Part shown: one piece after another, positions 62,968 through 64,000 of the stretch
How positions within the stretch are numbered: the first letter of the stretch is position 1
Layout of the letters: every line of letters begins with the position of its first letter
From: an uncultured Acidobacteriota bacterium
GTDB taxonomy: Bacteria; Acidobacteriota; Terriglobia; Acidiferrales; UBA7541
Length of the DNA: 64,000 bases
Direction of reading: 5' to 3'
NCBI GenBank assembly: GCA_963739935.1
Contig: CAVUBX010000003.1
Coordinates: 100,807 to 164,806 of the forward strand
Made by a program: the position numbers and the translations under genes
Notes under the pieces: model-generated
Told to the model about the DNA's origin: nothing
Database searches by the model: none
What the model saw: only the letters and a program-made list of their open reading frames with translations

Positions 62968-64000
62968 TCACACCTCAAAGCTTGCGTCCACACTTCGGGC
63001 GATGCCGAGTTTTTTCATACGAAAGTAAAGGGTTGAGCGGTTCAATCCCAAGCGCGCCGCGGCGCCACTTGGCCCAGATAGGGTCCACCGCGTTTCTTTC
63101 AGCGTCTTCAGAATGTGGGTGCGCTCTACTTCCTCCAACGTCTGCACACGATTTGCGCCGTGGCCGGGTGCGACGCGTGTCTTTAAGTCCTCGTGGGAGA
63201 CTCGCAATACAGGTCCCGAGGATAAAATCATGGCTCGTTCGATTACGTTTTCCAATTCCCGGATATTCCCGGGCCAAAGATAGCGCCTTAAGGCATCCAT
63301 TGTGCCGGGCGGAATCAGGTCTATCGTTTTGCGCGTCTTTCTATTGAAATGCCGTACAAAATGCAGCACCAGCGACGGAATGTCTTCGGGTCGCTCGCGC
63401 AAGGGCGGAAGGAATATAGGCACAACATTCAAACGGTAGAACAGATCGCTCCGAAACTGTTTTTCCAGGATCATTCCCTCCAAGTCACGGTGTGTCGCGG
63501 CGATAACCCGCACGTCAACTTTCTTCGTCCGCGTGCTTCCCAGGCGTTCGAATTCCCGTTCCTGCAGCAAGCGCAGCAATTTTGGCTGGAGTTCGAGCGG
63601 AATATCGCCAATTTCATCCAGAAAGAGCGAGCCCTGGTCGGCGAGTTCGAGACGGCCGGTCTTCTGCGTGATGGCTCCGGTGAACGCGCCGCGCTCGTGG
63701 CCAAACAATTCGCTTTCTAGCAGGCCACTGGGAATGGCGGCGCAATTCAGTTTCACAAAGCCCCGGTCTCGCCGGCCGCTGCGATTGTGGATGGCACGGG
63801 CAATGAGTTCCTTGCCTGTGCCGGTCTCGCCGAGCAGCAGCACAGTCGAATCGCCAACAGCCACGTGTTTGACCATTTCCAGCACTTTTCGCAGCGCCGG
63901 ACTCTGGCCAATGATCCCGTCAATTCCGGCCCCTTCGGCGAGCTGCTCGCCGACGAGATCAGCCGCGACCAACTCGCGGTCAGAGAGAGCAGGCTGATAA
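62968..64000 (-). CDS. sigma-54-dependent transcriptional activator, N-terminal sensory part beyond the window edge
   Basis: Has AAA+ Walker A GETGTGKE, the ERGAFTGA sigma-54 contact loop, Walker B LFLDEIGD, and a C-terminal Fis-type HTH AAARLGLNRSTLYFRMKKLGI. The frame stays open to position 64000. Confidence 0.9.
   Translation of the reverse strand, partial: YQPALSDRELVAADLVGEQLAEGAGIDGIIGQSPALRKVLEMVKHVAVGDSTVLLLGETGTGKELIARAIHNRSGRRDRGFVKLNCAAIPSGLLESELFGHERGAFTGAITQKTGRLELADQGSLFLDEIGDIPLELQPKLLRLLQEREFERLGSTRTKKVDVRVIAATHRDLEGMILEKQFRSDLFYRLNVVPIFLPPLRERPEDIPSLVLHFVRHFNRKTRKTIDLIPPGTMDALRRYLWPGNIRELENVIERAMILSSGPVLRVSHEDLKTRVAPGHGANRVQTLEEVERTHILKTLKETRWTLSGPSGAAARLGLNRSTLYFRMKKLGIARSVDASFEV

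Noticed and set aside
60117-64000. Looked for a sigma-54 promoter (TGGCAC-N5-TTGC) that the activator at the right edge might control, including upstream of the AI-2E transporter and across other intergenic regions.
   Set aside because: No convincing -24/-12 element was found by eye. TGGCAC occurs only inside coding sequence (for example near 19145 and 31215) and without a correctly spaced TTGC.

Overview
This is a 64-kb GC-rich chromosomal window, roughly high-50s % GC by eye, with a lower-GC, decayed stretch at about 36-51 kb. The gene content and a very abundant intergenic hairpin repeat suggest a soil Acidobacteriota-like genome, but that taxonomy is inference only. All calls come from reading the supplied ORF translations and the DNA by eye. 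No searches or computations were run, so family assignments rest on recognised motifs. Contents from left to right: (1) A divergent MBL-fold hydrolase and an atypical PQQ dehydrogenase. (2) An acyl-CoA module (double hotdog hydratase, ADP-forming acyl-CoA synthetase, crotonase) co-oriented with a NitT/TauT-type ABC importer. (3) An aldose epimerase, a small catalase-related protein and an AhpD-like protein. (4) A CheB-CheR-PAS fusion followed by a PAS-HisKA_3-HATPase-REC hybrid kinase. (5) A methyltransferase, an HExxH protein and an MscS-family channel. (6) A UbiD-family decarboxylase facing a two-gene BcrAD-type activase / dehydratase-like (DUF2229) module. (7) A stand-alone metazoan-PNKP-like polynucleotide kinase coupled to an unknown 250-aa protein, plus an unannotated 44-aa membrane peptide. 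(8) Two NHL beta-propeller genes and a PEBP gene embedded in repeat arrays. (9) An ISNCY-like insertion sequence. (10) Four paralogous membrane-anchored Ddn/DUF385-like split-barrel proteins next to split F0-synthase genes cofG/cofH (F420 pathway). (11) A run of frameshifted genes and a 3-kb graveyard of gene fragments. (12) A nine-gene translationally coupled cytochrome caa3 oxidase + bc-complex operon. (13) An AI-2E transporter and a sigma-54 activator that runs off the right edge. No rRNA, tRNA or CRISPR array was seen. The most interesting items are the oriented hairpin repeat family, the Ddn-like paralog array beside cofGH, the PNKP-like kinase module, the UbiD/activase neighbourhood, and the fused oxidase-bc operon with an unknown membrane subunit.
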